Assembly: GCA_963761655.1 (NCBI GenBank)
Contig: CAVXHI010000010.1
Coordinates: 137,400 to 201,399, forward strand
Reading direction: 5' to 3'
DNA from: an uncultured Actinomycetota bacterium
GTDB taxonomy: Bacteria; Actinomycetota; Actinomycetes; Mycobacteriales; SCTD01
Length of the DNA stretch: 64,000 nt
The position numbers and the translations under genes are program-made. Position 1 is the stretch's first letter. Each line of letters begins with the position of its first letter. Below are positions 38,765 to 49,657 of this stretch, piece after piece. Below the pieces are notes generated by a model. That model saw only the letters and a program-made list of their open reading frames with translations. It was not told the DNA's origin and searched no databases.

Positions 38765-39565
38765 GTGACAGTCCTCGTGGTGCTCGGTCCCGACGGTCCC
38801 GTGCTCGCCGATCCCGGGGCCCCCCTGCTCCGCGCCGACGACGCCGGGGTGCTGCGCGGGGAGTCGGTCTTCGAGACGCTCCGGATCGTCGACGGACGGG
38901 CCGCTTTCCTGGCGGCGCACCTGGCCCGGCTGGGGGTCTCCGGCTCACGGCTGGCCCTGGACGTGCCGTCCCTCGAGGACGTCGTCGCGCTCGGGCTGTC
39001 GGCCTGGCCCGACCCCGACGGCGTCCTGCGCCTGGTCGTCACCCGCGGCGGGACGGCGTACGCGCTGCTCACCCCCCTGCCCGCTCCGGTGACGTCGGTG
39101 ACCGCGGTCGTGCTGACGCTGGGCGTCCCCGCGGCCGTGCGTGCCGAGGCGGCCTGGCTGCTCGGCGGCGTGAAGTCGACGTCGTACGCCGTGAACATGG
39201 CGGCGCTGCGGGAGGCGCAGGCGCGGGGCGCGGACGACGTCGTGTTCGCGTCGTCGGACGGCGAGGTGCTGGAGGGTCCGACGTCGACGTGCGCGTGGGT
39301 GACCGGCGGCGTCGTCGTCACCCCGCCCGCGGCCGACGTCGGGATCCTGCCCGGGACGACGCTCGACGCGACCCTCGCGGCCTACGACGGGCCGGTGGAG
39401 GTGCGGCGCGGGACGGTCGAGGAGCTCCGGGCGGCCGACGAGGTGGTGCTGCTGTCGTCGGTGCGCGGGGTGGTGTCGGTGACGGCGCTGGACGGCGTGG
39501 CGGTGCAGGCGGGGCCGGTCGGGAGAGCGCTGCAGGCGGCGTTCCAGGCGGCGCTGCGTCCCTGA
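38765..39565 (+). CDS. Class IV PLP aminotransferase / aminodeoxychorismate lyase-like
   Basis: RGESVFETLR, HLARL, VKSTSYAVN, EGPTS, GILPGTT, SSVRG. Confidence 0.88.
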   Translation: MTVLVVLGPDGPVLADPGAPLLRADDAGVLRGESVFETLRIVDGRAAFLAAHLARLGVSGSRLALDVPSLEDVVALGLSAWPDPDGVLRLVVTRGGTAYALLTPLPAPVTSVTAVVLTLGVPAAVRAEAAWLLGGVKSTSYAVNMAALREAQARGADDVVFASSDGEVLEGPTSTCAWVTGGVVVTPPAADVGILPGTTLDATLAAYDGPVEVRRGTVEELRAADEVVLLSSVRGVVSVTALDGVAVQAGPVGRALQAAFQAALRP

Positions 39566-39571
39566 CGCCGT

Positions 39572-39915
39572 GTGTACGGGTCGCCCACCTCCTGGCGGAC
39601 CCCGCGCAGCTGGCCGTCACGCCCCCGGTGGCGATGGAGCTGCTCGCCGGTGCGCGGGACGAGGCCGGGCTCGCGGCTCGGGAGCGGCTCGTCGCCGGGC
39701 TGGCCCGGCTCGACCTCGTGCCGGAGCTGGACCTCCCGGCCGCAGCGACCGTGCTCCGGGCGGCCCGACGGGGCGGACGGACGGTCCGCGGGCTGCTCGA
39801 CTGCCTCATCGCCGTCGTCGCCCTGCGGCACGGCGCGGTCCTGGTGCACCGCGACGCCGACCTGGCGGCGGTCGCCTCGCTCCTGCCCGGGCTCGAGGCC
39901 GTCGACCTGCGCTGA
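39572..39915 (+). pseudogene. N-terminally truncated PIN-domain (VapC-like) gene
   Basis: MELLAGAR...DCLIAVVALRHGAVLVHRDADL; lacks the N-terminal DTS motif and has no antitoxin. Confidence 0.65.
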
Positions 39916-39965
39916 GCGCGGCCAGGCGGCGCGACCGGGTCACGGGGATGGCCCGAACTCGTCAG

Positions 39966-39993
39966 TCCAGGTCTGCCGCCCGAGGGCCGAAGA
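39966..39993 (+). promoter_or_regulatory. Candidate sigma-WhiG/sigma28-type promoter of the diguanylate cyclase
   Basis: TCCA-N16-GCCGAAGA, ending 7 nt before the GTG. Confidence 0.55.
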
Positions 39994-40000
39994 CCAGAGG

Positions 40001-41509
40001 GTGACCCGTGCCCCCGGCTCCGCCACCTGGCGAGACGCACGCCTGTGGGACCGCACGGCCGACCCCCGCCAGACGGCAGGCCGGCTCGCGGCGGTGCTGT
40101 TCCTGCTGGCCGGCATCACCATGCTCAGCACCGTCAGCTTCCTGCCCGACGACGTCGACCTCGCCGCGGTCTGGGCGACGGCGGCCACCACGCTGGTCAC
40201 CTCGCTGGTCCTGCTGCTGCTGCCGTGGACCCGGTTCCCCCGGTGGACGACGGTGCTGCCGCACGTGTGGGGCCAGGTGCTCATCGGCGGGGCGCTCGGC
40301 GCCTGGGCGGGCGCGACCAGCCACTACCTGCTGTTCTGGGCCCTCGCCGCCCTCTACGCCGGGCTGACCCAGCCGCCGCGGTCCTCGCTCTACCTCGCGC
40401 CGGTCACGTTCGGCAGCGCCCTGGTGGCCCTGGCCGGCCGCGAGCCGTCGTCCAGCGCCGTCGACCTCGTGGGCGCGGCCCTGCTGTCGGTGGTGGTCGG
40501 GGAGGTGCTGTCGGTCAGCACGGCCCGGTCCGAGACGGCGTCGTCGTCGACCCAGGCGCTGCTGCAGGCCGTCACGGCGCTGCACGAGGCCGGGACCGAG
40601 ACGAGCGCGGCCGACCTCGTCGCCGAGCTGGCGCACACGCTGCTGCTGCCCGACGCCGCGATCGTCATGGTCGCGACGGCGCCGGGCTCCACGCTCTACG
40701 CCAACCGGGGGCAGCGCGGCCTGGAGGCGCCGCTCGGCTCGCTCGTCGTCGACGTCTCGGCCCGCTCCGGCATCGGCCTGGCCCTGCAGGAGGGCCGGGC
40801 GATCTTCGTCGAGGACGCGATGATGTCGCCGCTGCTGGCCCGCTCGGTGGTGGCGCGGATGGGCTTCGCGTCGGCGCTGTTCATCCCGGTCCCCGGGGAG
40901 GGCGGCTACCTCGGGTGCGTCGTCGTCGGGTGGGACGAGCGGCAGACGGCGCTGGACCAGTTCGGCCAGCAGGTCGTCTCGCTGCTGTCGCACCAGGCCG
41001 GCGCCCTGCTCGAGCGGCTGCGCTCGGTCGGCCGGCTCGAGGTCCAGGCCTCCACCGACGCCCTCACCGGCCTGGCGAACCGGCGGGTCTTCCTCGAGGC
41101 CCTGGACCGGCTGCGCCCCGGCGGCGCCGTCGTGTTCCTCGACCTCGACCACTTCAAGCGGCTCAACGACACCGCCGGGCACGCCGCCGGCGACGACGTC
41201 CTCGTCGCGTTCGGCAAGGCGCTGCGGTCCTGCGTGCGCGAGGGCGACTGCGCGGCCCGCTACGGCGGGGAGGAGTTCGCGCTGGTGCTGCCGAGCGCCG
41301 CGTCGGTCGACATGACCGCGGCCGCGCAGGTGGTGGTGCAGCGGCTCATGGACCGCTGGGACGGGCCGGTGACGTTCTCGGTGGGGATCGCGACGCACCG
41401 GCAGGGCGACGCGCCGTCGACGACGCTGGCGCGGGCGGACGCGGCGGTCTACGAGGCCAAGGCCAACGGGCGCGACCAGGTGGTGCTGGCGGGCGCGGTC
41501 CGGGTCTGA
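40001..41509 (+). CDS. Membrane-bound GAF-GGDEF diguanylate cyclase
   Basis: N-terminal TMs, GAF-like region, TDALTGLANRR, DLDHFKRLND, I-site REGD, RYGGEEF. Confidence 0.93.
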   Translation: MTRAPGSATWRDARLWDRTADPRQTAGRLAAVLFLLAGITMLSTVSFLPDDVDLAAVWATAATTLVTSLVLLLLPWTRFPRWTTVLPHVWGQVLIGGALGAWAGATSHYLLFWALAALYAGLTQPPRSSLYLAPVTFGSALVALAGREPSSSAVDLVGAALLSVVVGEVLSVSTARSETASSSTQALLQAVTALHEAGTETSAADLVAELAHTLLLPDAAIVMVATAPGSTLYANRGQRGLEAPLGSLVVDVSARSGIGLALQEGRAIFVEDAMMSPLLARSVVARMGFASALFIPVPGEGGYLGCVVVGWDERQTALDQFGQQVVSLLSHQAGALLERLRSVGRLEVQASTDALTGLANRRVFLEALDRLRPGGAVVFLDLDHFKRLNDTAGHAAGDDVLVAFGKALRSCVREGDCAARYGGEEFALVLPSAASVDMTAAAQVVVQRLMDRWDGPVTFSVGIATHRQGDAPSTTLARADAAVYEAKANGRDQVVLAGAVRV

Positions 41510-41532
41510 GGTCGAGTTCGGCGCCACCACGA

Positions 41533-42128
41533 CTAGACCGAGGATCGCGGCGGCCTCCGCCATCGCGCGTCGTGGGCGACCAGCGCTGCCAGCGGAGCGA
41601 CGCGGACTGCGCAGGCCAGAGTGCACGGCGTCGAGGCTGCGCAGGACCTGAGGTCCGAGCGTGCCGGCGAGGTCCAGCAGTCGGCGTCGAGCCGGACGAG
41701 GGCGAGCGCGTCGAGCAGCCGCTCCGCCGCCGTCAGCGGAGCGACGCGCGCTGCGCAGGCGCTCGCCACCCGACGACGGGAGCGGCAGCGAGGTAGGTCG
41801 GAGCGTCTCCGTCTCGTCCTCCGCACCAAGTAGCTTCACCAAGGCGCTGGTGCCGAGGCAGACGGTCACCGCTCGTCAGCGCGGAGCGCGGACAAGACCG
41901 CGGTGGCGGACACGGCTGTGACAGCGGGTACGACGTCGAGCAGGTCACCCGTGCCCTCGACGACGAGCCCGGCCTCGACCAGGTCCCGCCACGGGAGAGC
42001 CGGGACGAGGCGGACGACGAGCCGGCCCCCGGTCGGTCACCTCGACGCTCCCGCCTGCCTCGACGAGGGCCAGGTAGCTGTGGCCAGTGCCTGGCGTAGC
42101 CGCACGCACTATAACACGAACCTCCATG
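41533..42128 (-). pseudogene. Phd/YefM antitoxin + VapC PIN toxin pair, multiply frameshifted
   Basis: Antitoxin YLALVEAGGSVEVTDRG; toxin VCLGTSALVKLL...LRSLDAVH...AMAEAAAILGL. Confidence 0.65.
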
Positions 42129-42195
42129 TGCTGGCAGGCAGCACCTCCCAGCACAACCGGGCGCCCACTGGCTGCTTCGTGCCTCGTCTCACGTA

Positions 42196-42210
42196 CTAAC
42201 TCTGAGTGAC
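42196..42210. promoter_or_regulatory. Candidate BldD box
   Basis: CTAACTCTGAGTGAC fits NTNACNC(A/T)GNGTNAN at every defined position. Confidence 0.55.
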
Positions 42211-42220
42211 TCCTCATAGC

Positions 42221-42248
42221 TAAAGATGACTAGAGCGGATGCCGATCT
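42221..42248 (+). promoter_or_regulatory. Candidate sigma-WhiG/sigma28-type promoter at the start of the polysaccharide island
   Basis: TAAA-N16-GCCGATCT; GGAGGAG RBS and ATG at 42281 downstream. Confidence 0.68.
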
Positions 42249-42280
42249 GGGGTGTGCCTACCCGCGCCCGGAGGAGTCCC

Positions 42281-43155
42281 GATGGCCCAGCTCACTCTCG
42301 CCCGCTGCCCCACGGTCACCGGTAAACGCCATCGAGCGCGCCCATGCAGCTCGTGCCGGCGCTCGTACCCCTCGACAGCTTCCGCTGCTAACGTGCGGAT
42401 CGACGGCTGCACGCTGCAGGACGCCGTCCGCCTGCTTCTGCGGCGCTCGCGCTCAACCAGCGGCTCCGCGTCGACCTGTGCAACGCCTACACGATCGCCC
42501 TCGCCGAGCGTCGCAGCGACTACCAGCGCTCGTCGAGCGCAGCGCGCCGAACCTGCCGGACGGCACGCCGCTCGTGTGGGTCCGCCGAGACCTGGGCGTC
42601 GACGTGCAGGCGGCCACCCGCGTGCTGTTCCTCAGTCGTCGACCAGGTTTGGACTCTGCGTGAGGGCGTCGGCGGTTCCCGGTCCTTCGTTCACTACTTC
42701 TACGGCGGGTCCCCCGAGCAACGCGTCATTGTCCTGGTCGAGGAGCTGAAGGAGACGCGTCCCGGACGCGGTCGTCGTCGGACAGGAGAGCCCGCCCTTC
42801 CGCGAGCTCAATGAGGTCGAGCGCCTGGAGACCAGGCAGCGGCTCATCGACAGCGGGGCCGACGTCGTCTGGGTCGGCCTGGGCACACCCCTGGGTCAGG
42901 ACGTGGTGGGTGACGAGTTCGCGTAGTCTGCGCCGGCGGCTTCGCGCCCGTCGGCGTGGTCCTTCCACTGGATAGCCGGCACGAAGACGATGTCCCCCTC
43001 GGGATCGAGGGGACCGGGCTCGTGCTTGCCGTACCGGCTGGCTTGCGAACCTCGGCGCCGCTGGCCTGCTGCTACCTCTCGGCAACGTCCTCTTCCTGCT
43101 GGTGGCACAGCGACGTAGCCACCGCGTGCCTGCGCGTGCTCAGATCGGGCGGTGA
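42281..43155 (+). CDS. WecB/TagA/CpsF-family glycosyltransferase (multiple frameshifts)
   Basis: Fragments CNAYTIAL, NLPDGTPLVW, HYFYGG, ESPPFREL, ADVVWVGLGTP. Confidence 0.72.
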
Positions 43156-44367
43156 CCCGCCTGCGAGTGCTCGTCGCTCCCCAACTGGTACGTCTCGCGC
43201 AACCCCTCTGGGGAGAACGTCGTGGTCGACGCCGAGGGTGGCGCTGCTGCGAAAGCGCGGCCACGAGGTGGTCGAGTACCAGCGGAGCAGCGACGAGTCG
43301 AGGGCGGGGCGCTGGGCCCCTGGGCTCGAGCCGCGCTCTCCGTCGCAGCGGTCCGCAGCCTCAAGTGGCGTCCGGCGACGTCGCACGCCTGATCGCTCAT
43401 CACCGACCGGACGTGCTGCACCTGCACAACCCCTACCCGGTCCTTCTGCCCCCCGGGCGCGGGGGTACTCGGCCCGACAACGCCGGCATCCTCGTTGTGC
43501 AGATGGTCGACATTTGATCGGCACAGCTGCATGAAGGGCACGCTCTACCGCGACGGCAGGCCGTGCGAGGAATGCGTGGGCAAGACGCCGCTGTCCGGGG
43601 TGTGGCACGGCTGCTACCGGGTCTGCGCGCTCAGCCTTGCGGTCATGGCCGCCTTCCCTCACGGCGCACCGGGGCACGCGGGCGTCGGTGGAGCGCGACC
43701 GGGTGACTGCACGGAGTTCATGGGGCTACCGGCTTGCCCCGGGCTGGCTTCCCCCGACACCGGGCTGGCGTTCCGGCCGCAGGCCGTCGCCTATCCTGGT
43801 TCCCCCCCGTGCGGCTGGGCAGGGGCGCCGTGTTCGTCGGACGGTTGGACGACGAGAAGGGCGCGGGCCTCCTGCTGGACGCCTGGGAGCGGGTCGGCGG
43901 CAGGCTCCCGGCCGGCGCACTGGCGGCCTGGAACTGCTGGAATACGGGCCGCTCGGTGCCCGCGCTGCCGCGGCAGCAGCATCTGGCACTGGCGTGGAGT
44001 GGCGGGGCCGACAGCCAGCGAATGAGCGTGTAGCGAGCGCTGAAACAGGTTGCCTCGCGGTCGTTCCCTCCCGCTGCTACGAGGGAGCCCCCGTCGTGCT
44101 CCAGAACGGAGGCGCTGGCCGTCGGTCGGCCGCTCCTGGTCACCTCGGGGTGGCGTCCTGCCCGAGCTGGGGGCAGACGCCGCCGCCGTCTCCACCCCCG
44201 AGGCTGCGGCGCTCGCCGGCGTCGCCCTTGTCACCGCTCTCGGCCGGGACGACACGGGCCTTGCGCACCAAGCCGCCGCCGCTCGCTCCCGCTACCTGCT
44301 GCGACACACGGAAGAAGCCCTCGGCGCCCTGCTCGAGCTGCCCCTCCGACGACGTGCCAGACGGTGA
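43152..44367 (+). CDS. GT4 glycosyltransferase (multiple frameshifts)
   Basis: GENVVV, RPDVLHLHNPYP, RHSCMKGTLYRDGRPCEECVG, FVGRLDDEKG, VVPSRCYEG. Confidence 0.68.
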
Positions 44368-44378
44368 GGTAGGTAAAG

Positions 44379-45400
44379 GTGTACGACGTCGACGGGCTCA
44401 ACCCCTATGGGCGAGAAGTCGGCCTGCTCATCGCGGGACAGCCCAACGGGTGCTCGCGTTTCTCCGTCCTCGACACGGGCTTGGTGGCCCGACGGGTTGC
44501 GGTGCTGGCCCCTGCGCGTTCCTGCAACTTCGGGGGAGCCGCAACGACACAGGCGCTCCGGCAGTTGGCCGGCCTGCTGGTCGTCGCCTGGAACGCCCTC
44601 GTCCAGCGACGCACCGTCGTCGTTTGCCTCGACTCGCGACCTGGAAACGACGACGAGTCGGTACGCGCTGCCGTCGCCCGGCTCGGCGGACGGGTCGTGG
44701 TCGTCGCCCATGACCCCGAGCCCAAGAGTCTGCTGTCTCGGCGGCAGCTCTTGGGCCGCTCACTCCTGTGGCGGGCAGCGCACCGCCTGCTCACGCACGG
44801 CCCCGTCCTAGCGACCCAGGCCAGCGCCATCGCGGGCCGGACCGCGCTCGAGGTACCGCACCCGCCGTTCTGCGGCTGGGCGGCTCAGGTCTCTCCACGA
44901 CAGGCGAGCGACACGACGCGCTCGTGCTGGTCGGGCACCTCCGACCCGCAGAAGGGCATCGACCGGCTGCCTGCGCTGCTGAGCCTGCTGTCCGACGCGG
45001 ACCGCGAGCGCTGGCACGCTGTCCTTTGCCGGACGCGGAGACCTCGCAGGAACGCTCGCGAAAAATCTCTGCGCTAGTGCTGGTCGTGCGCGAGCCGAGC
45101 AGCGGCCTCCTCCCGGACAGCGAGCTGGGCGGCAGCCCTGGCCGCGGCCGACGTCCTGCTGGCTCCGTACCGCTCGGCGAGCGCCTCTGGCAGCGTGGTG
45201 CTGGCGCGGAGCCTCGGGCTGCGCGTGCTGGCCTACGACGCGGGTCCCTGCGCGACGTGTCCTCCCGCCGTCCTGGTTGGTGCCACCGCAGGACGAATCT
45301 GCCTTCGCCGAACGCCTGACTGCGTTGCTCCACGGGGACCGGAGCGAGGGCAGAGCGGCCTGGACGAGTGGCGGCAGCGCAGTGTCAGCGCTCTGGGTCG
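44379..45400 (+). CDS. Probable glycosyltransferase (frameshifted, end approximate)
   Basis: VAHDPEP, QKGID, DVLLAPYRSASASGSVVLARSLG. Confidence 0.55.
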
Positions 45401-46501
45401 GGATGCTCGAGCTGACCTGGCGCCAGAGGAGGGCCAATCGCTCGGCGAGGACTCCGGGCGAGATCCGGGCGAGCTACCTGCTCGCGCGCCTGGCTCGCCA
45501 GAAGACGACGCTCCTCGGGGTGCTCCAGCAGGTGCCTCAAGACGGCCGCCAGCGCCTCGACGTCGCCTCCTCGTGCACGATGACCCCGAAGCGACCCACC
45601 ACCTCAGGGAGCGCCCCGCTGTCGCTGACGACGACGGGCGTGCCGGCCCACATCGCCTCCACCACGACGCGCCCGAACTGCTCGACGACGTGCTCGAGGG
45701 TCCGGCTCCTTGGCACGACCAGGACGTCGATCGACGCAAGGTAGGCGGGCACGTCGCCCGGCGCGCACAGGCCGGACCAGTCCACGTCGACGCCGAGGCC
45801 TTCGGCCACTCGACGCAGCGCCCCCTCGCCCGGCGTCGCGTCTGTGATGGCGACCGGGAAACCAGCCCGACAGCGGTCCGTCGATGAGCAGGCGGTTGAT
45901 GCCCTTCTGGTGATCGAGGCGGCCGAGGAAGCCGATCCGGGGCCGTTGTCGGGAAGCGTCCGCCTGCGGCAGCGGGGCGGCACCACGGCGGGGACGACCA
46001 GGCCCGGCGTGCTGCTTGGCAGCCCGTGCTGCTCGGGCCAGGGCGAGGCCCCGGGCGTTCCAGGAGCCACAGCTGCGCCTTGGTGCGCTTCAGGTTGCGC
46101 CGTGCCAGTCGAAGCCGGACAGCGTCCTCGACGCGCCTGCCGTGCCGGAACAGGTTGTCCGCTCCGTGCAGCACGACCGGTACCGGCAGGCCCAGAGCCC
46201 GTCCCGCCACCACGGACCAGCACTCGGCGTGCACGTGCACGACGTCGGGTCGGACCTGGCGCACCAGCCGACGGAGCCCGTCGTAGTGCCACCAGATCTG
46301 CCCGCGGCCGCCAGCCAGGTCGCGGGTCCGCAGCAGCGTGGACGGAGCGAAGGCCGGCTGCTCCGGCTCCGAGCGGAACACCTCGAGCGGCGGCACTCGG
46401 GCGCTCGCCACGAGGTGCAGGTCGACGACGCCGGCGGCCGCTTCCCAGACCGCCCACGTCGGGGGCTCGAGCACGTTCGTGACGACGAGTACCCGTGTCA
46501 C
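45380..46501 (-). CDS. GT4 glycosyltransferase (frameshifted, end approximate)
   Basis: RPDVVHVHAE, DVLVVPRS...EQFGRVVVEAMWAGTPVVVSDSGALPEVV. Confidence 0.72.
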
Positions 46502-47607
46502 GCGCCCAGGACCGCCGTCGTCAGCGTCTGACCGATCACGCGCCAGTCGTAGCGCCGCACCGCCTGCCTGCCGGCGTCGGCGAGCGCCTGTCGGCGCGCT
46601 CGGTCGACCAGCAGACACTCCACCTCTGCAGCAAAGGCAGCCGGCCCCGACGCGACGACCACGTCACGCCCGGGCTCGAGGTCCAGGCCCTCGATGCCCT
46701 TGGGCGTGGCCAGCACAGGTCGTCCGGCACCGAGCGCCTCCAGGACCTTGAGACGCGAGCCCCCCCCGCTGCGCAACGGCGCAAGCACGAGTGCGGCCCG
46801 CTCGAGGTGCGGGGCCACGACCGGGACCTCGCCGAGGACCTCGACGGAGGAGTGCGACGAGAGCCGTGTCGGCAACTGGTCCGCAGCTCGTCCGACGACG
46901 GTCAGGACGCGGCCGGGAAGTCGCGGGGCGATCTCCTCGACCCACCAGGCAACGGCCTCCACGTTGGGTGCGTAGTCCAGCGCACCAACGAACAACAGGG
47001 TTCCGAGCTGTGGGACGGCCGTCACGCTGGGCGGCAGATCGGCACCGTTCGGCACCACGGTGCACGCCACATCCAGGAGGTCGGCGTCCCGCTGCGTGGT
47101 CACCACCGGCACGACCCCAGGCCGTCGCACCGCTCGACGCTCCGCCCGTCGGCGGGCCACAGCGTCCAGTTGCTGCTCGGCCGATCGCCAGCCCCTTACA
47201 GGTCCGCAGCGCCCGAGATCCGCCTCGGCGTTGTGCAAGCTCAGGACGTGACGAGCGGGCGGCGCGTACGGCGTCGTGTCCAGGTGATCGAGCACGACGA
47301 CCGCCCCGTTGCGTGCAAGGCCGGCGACGACCCGGGCGGCGGCGGGGTCCCATGCACGAGCCGTACCGAGCGGCCACAGACGTCCCGCGGCCAGCAGCCG
47401 CGCAGGCACGCCACTGCGGCCGGCGTGGACGTGCACCTGAACGGCACCGGTGGCGTCCTGCAAGGCCTTCGGCTCGTCGACGCCTGCGATGGACACCAGG
47501 TGCAACTCGCTCCTCGCGGCGAGCGCCTGGGCGAGGCGGAGTGTCCGCACCGTCCCCCCGCTGCGCGGGAGCGCGTGCACCTGGGCGCTCACCAGGACCG
47601 TCCGCAC
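46498..47607 (-). CDS. GT4 glycosyltransferase
   Basis: VVPNG, FVGALDYAPN, PLRSGGGSRLKVLEALGAGRPV, YDW. Confidence 0.85.
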   Translation of the reverse strand: MRTVLVSAQVHALPRSGGTVRTLRLAQALAARSELHLVSIAGVDEPKALQDATGAVQVHVHAGRSGVPARLLAAGRLWPLGTARAWDPAAARVVAGLARNGAVVVLDHLDTTPYAPPARHVLSLHNAEADLGRCGPVRGWRSAEQQLDAVARRRAERRAVRRPGVVPVVTTQRDADLLDVACTVVPNGADLPPSVTAVPQLGTLLFVGALDYAPNVEAVAWWVEEIAPRLPGRVLTVVGRAADQLPTRLSSHSSVEVLGEVPVVAPHLERAALVLAPLRSGGGSRLKVLEALGAGRPVLATPKGIEGLDLEPGRDVVVASGPAAFAAEVECLLVDRARRQALADAGRQAVRRYDWRVIGQTLTTAVLGA

Positions 47608-47712
47608 GCCCTGTCCTCCGTCCGACCGTGTCCGCGCCCGAGGGTAACGCTCAGGTCGATGAGACTCTCGACCGAGCAAAGACCTGGGCTCGAACCTGCC
47701 GCGAGGAGCCGC

Positions 47713-48587
47713 GTGGACGACGCCAGCCCTGCCGTGACCGCGGTCCTGCTCGACCTACCAGCGAGCAGCGGCCCTGCGCGAGAACCTGCCTCGCCTGCTG
47801 GCTCTGACCGGCGTCGATCGAGTGCTGGTGGTCGACGACGGCTCGACGGACGAGACGGCCCAGGTGCTTGCGGAGATGGCGGGCCCCAGACTGGTGGTGG
47901 TTCGCCACCCGATCAACAAGGGGCTGCCGGCCGCACGGAACACGGGGGCAGCAGCAGCGGGGCACGCCTTGGGTCGTCTACCTGGAGGACGACTGCGGTT
48001 TCCCCCCCGACTGCGTACCGCAACTCGTCGCTGGAAGCCGAAGCCACCGGCGCTGCGATCGTCGGCGCCCCCTGGTTCGGGGTGTCGGAGGAGCACGTGG
48101 CCGAGGAACGTGCACGCCAGTTTCCGACGCGCTGTCCCTCCGGGTGCAGAGCCCGCCATGGACGGTTCCCGACGGGCCCGTCGAGACCCCTTTCCTGCCC
48201 GCGCTCGCTCTGGTCCGGCGGGACGTCGTGCTCGAAGTCCGGCAGACGACGAGGGACTGCGGGGCAACGCCTGGCGCGAGGAGACGTCCTTCTTCACCGC
48301 TGCTGCCCGCGCAGGACACCGGGTCGTCCTCAGCCCGCCACGGACCTGCAGCTGGCAGGCCGGCACCTTCACCGGTGGCGCCCGGTCAGGGGTCCTGCGG
48401 TACGAGTACTGGACGTGGCGCAACAACTGGCGTTTCCTTCGACGACACGGCGCCTGGCTGCACGCGCAAGGCATGGTGCGGACTCCCTGCGCTCGAGCAG
48501 GCGTCGTTCTGCTGGTCACGGCGCCGCGACCTCGTCGGTCAGGTGCGGGCGCGCCTTGCCCCGCTGGTCCGAGGCCCTCGCGGATGA
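47713..48587 (+). CDS. GT2 glycosyltransferase (frameshifted)
   Basis: VLVVDDGSTD, NKGLPAARNTG, YLEDDC, GNAWREET. Confidence 0.75.
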
Positions 48588-49657
48588 GGGTCGTCTTCAG
48601 CAACAACTACGACGCCCTGGGCGGTCGGCGTGGGCAGCTGGTGCGCGAGGGTGTGTACCCCGGACAGCACCTCTACGGGGCACGTACGCTCTGCCCGTCG
48701 CGCCGGCATGGATGTGGCCTGCACTGCACACGACTCGACGGCAGCTCTGAGTGCGGTGTCGCGCCGCCTCCGCATGCGGGCAGGCGACCTGCGCGACGAG
48801 GCCGCTGCCGTCCGAGCGGTAACGGGCGGAGGCGTGCTGCTGGCGGCCGAGCCGCTCCACGTCGCCGGGCTGGCCGTGCTGCGCTCGCTCGGGCTGCTGC
48901 GGACCCCCCTCGTCGTGGTCTTCCACCAGGTCGCCCCCGTCACGCCGTGGTGGCGGCGCGTGGTCGCCGGCTGCGACGTGATCGTGTGCCTGAGCCAGGC
49001 CGTCCGCTCCCAGCTCCTTCGCGATCACTCCCGCAGCCCCGACGACGTCCGCTGGGGACCGTCGGGGGGCCGGATCTGGAGTCGCCCGTCTCACGACCGG
49101 CGGGGGCGGCCGGGGGATCTGGTGGTGAGTGCCGGCAAGACCGAGCGCGACACGGAGTCCGTGGTCGAGGCGTTGAGGCAGACCGGGCTTCCGGTCTCGG
49201 TGTACGGAGCTCGGCCTGCAGGTCTGCCCCGCGGCGTGCTGCCCCTGCACGCGGCAGCACCCCCGCCCGCGACTTCGCAGGCGCGGACCAGCTGACCTAC
49301 CTCGACGCTCTGGCAGCCCTGCGCCGCGCCGCAGTGGTAGCCGTGTGCAGCACGACATCCGCACGGCTGACCGGACTGTCCGAGGTGGCGGACGCGCTCG
49401 CGCTCGGGCGGACCCTCGTGGTGACCGACAGCCCTTGGCTCGACCTGGACCTCACCGGACTCGGGTGCGGAAGCTCAGTCCCGGTGGGCGATGTGGACGC
49501 GCTCGCGCGAGCGCTGGGCAGTACTGGACGCAGGACCCGGAGCGGCGGGACGCAGCCGGCGCTCGTGCGCGCGAAGCCGCGGAGCAAGGCTGGAACGCTG
49601 AAGCCTTCGGGCATGTCGTTCTTGCAGGCCGTCGTAGACGCGGGAGAGCGACTGTGA
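48584..49657 (+). CDS. GT4-like glycosyltransferase (frameshifted)
   Basis: YPGQHLYG, SAGKTERD, GLSEVADALALGRTLVVT, VPVGDVDAL. Confidence 0.68.
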   Translation: MRVVFSNNYDALGGRRGQLVREGVYPGQHLYGARTLCPSRRHGCGLHCTRLDGSSECGVAPPPHAGRRPARRGRCRPSGNGRRRAAGGRAAPRRRAGRAALARAAADPPRRGLPPGRPRHAVVAARGRRLRRDRVPEPGRPLPAPSRSLPQPRRRPLGTVGGPDLESPVSRPAGAAGGSGGECRQDRARHGVRGRGVEADRASGLGVRSSACRSAPRRAAPARGSTPARDFAGADQLTYLDALAALRRAAVVAVCSTTSARLTGLSEVADALALGRTLVVTDSPWLDLDLTGLGCGSSVPVGDVDALARALGSTGRRTRSGGTQPALVRAKPRSKAGTLKPSGMSFLQAVVDAGERL

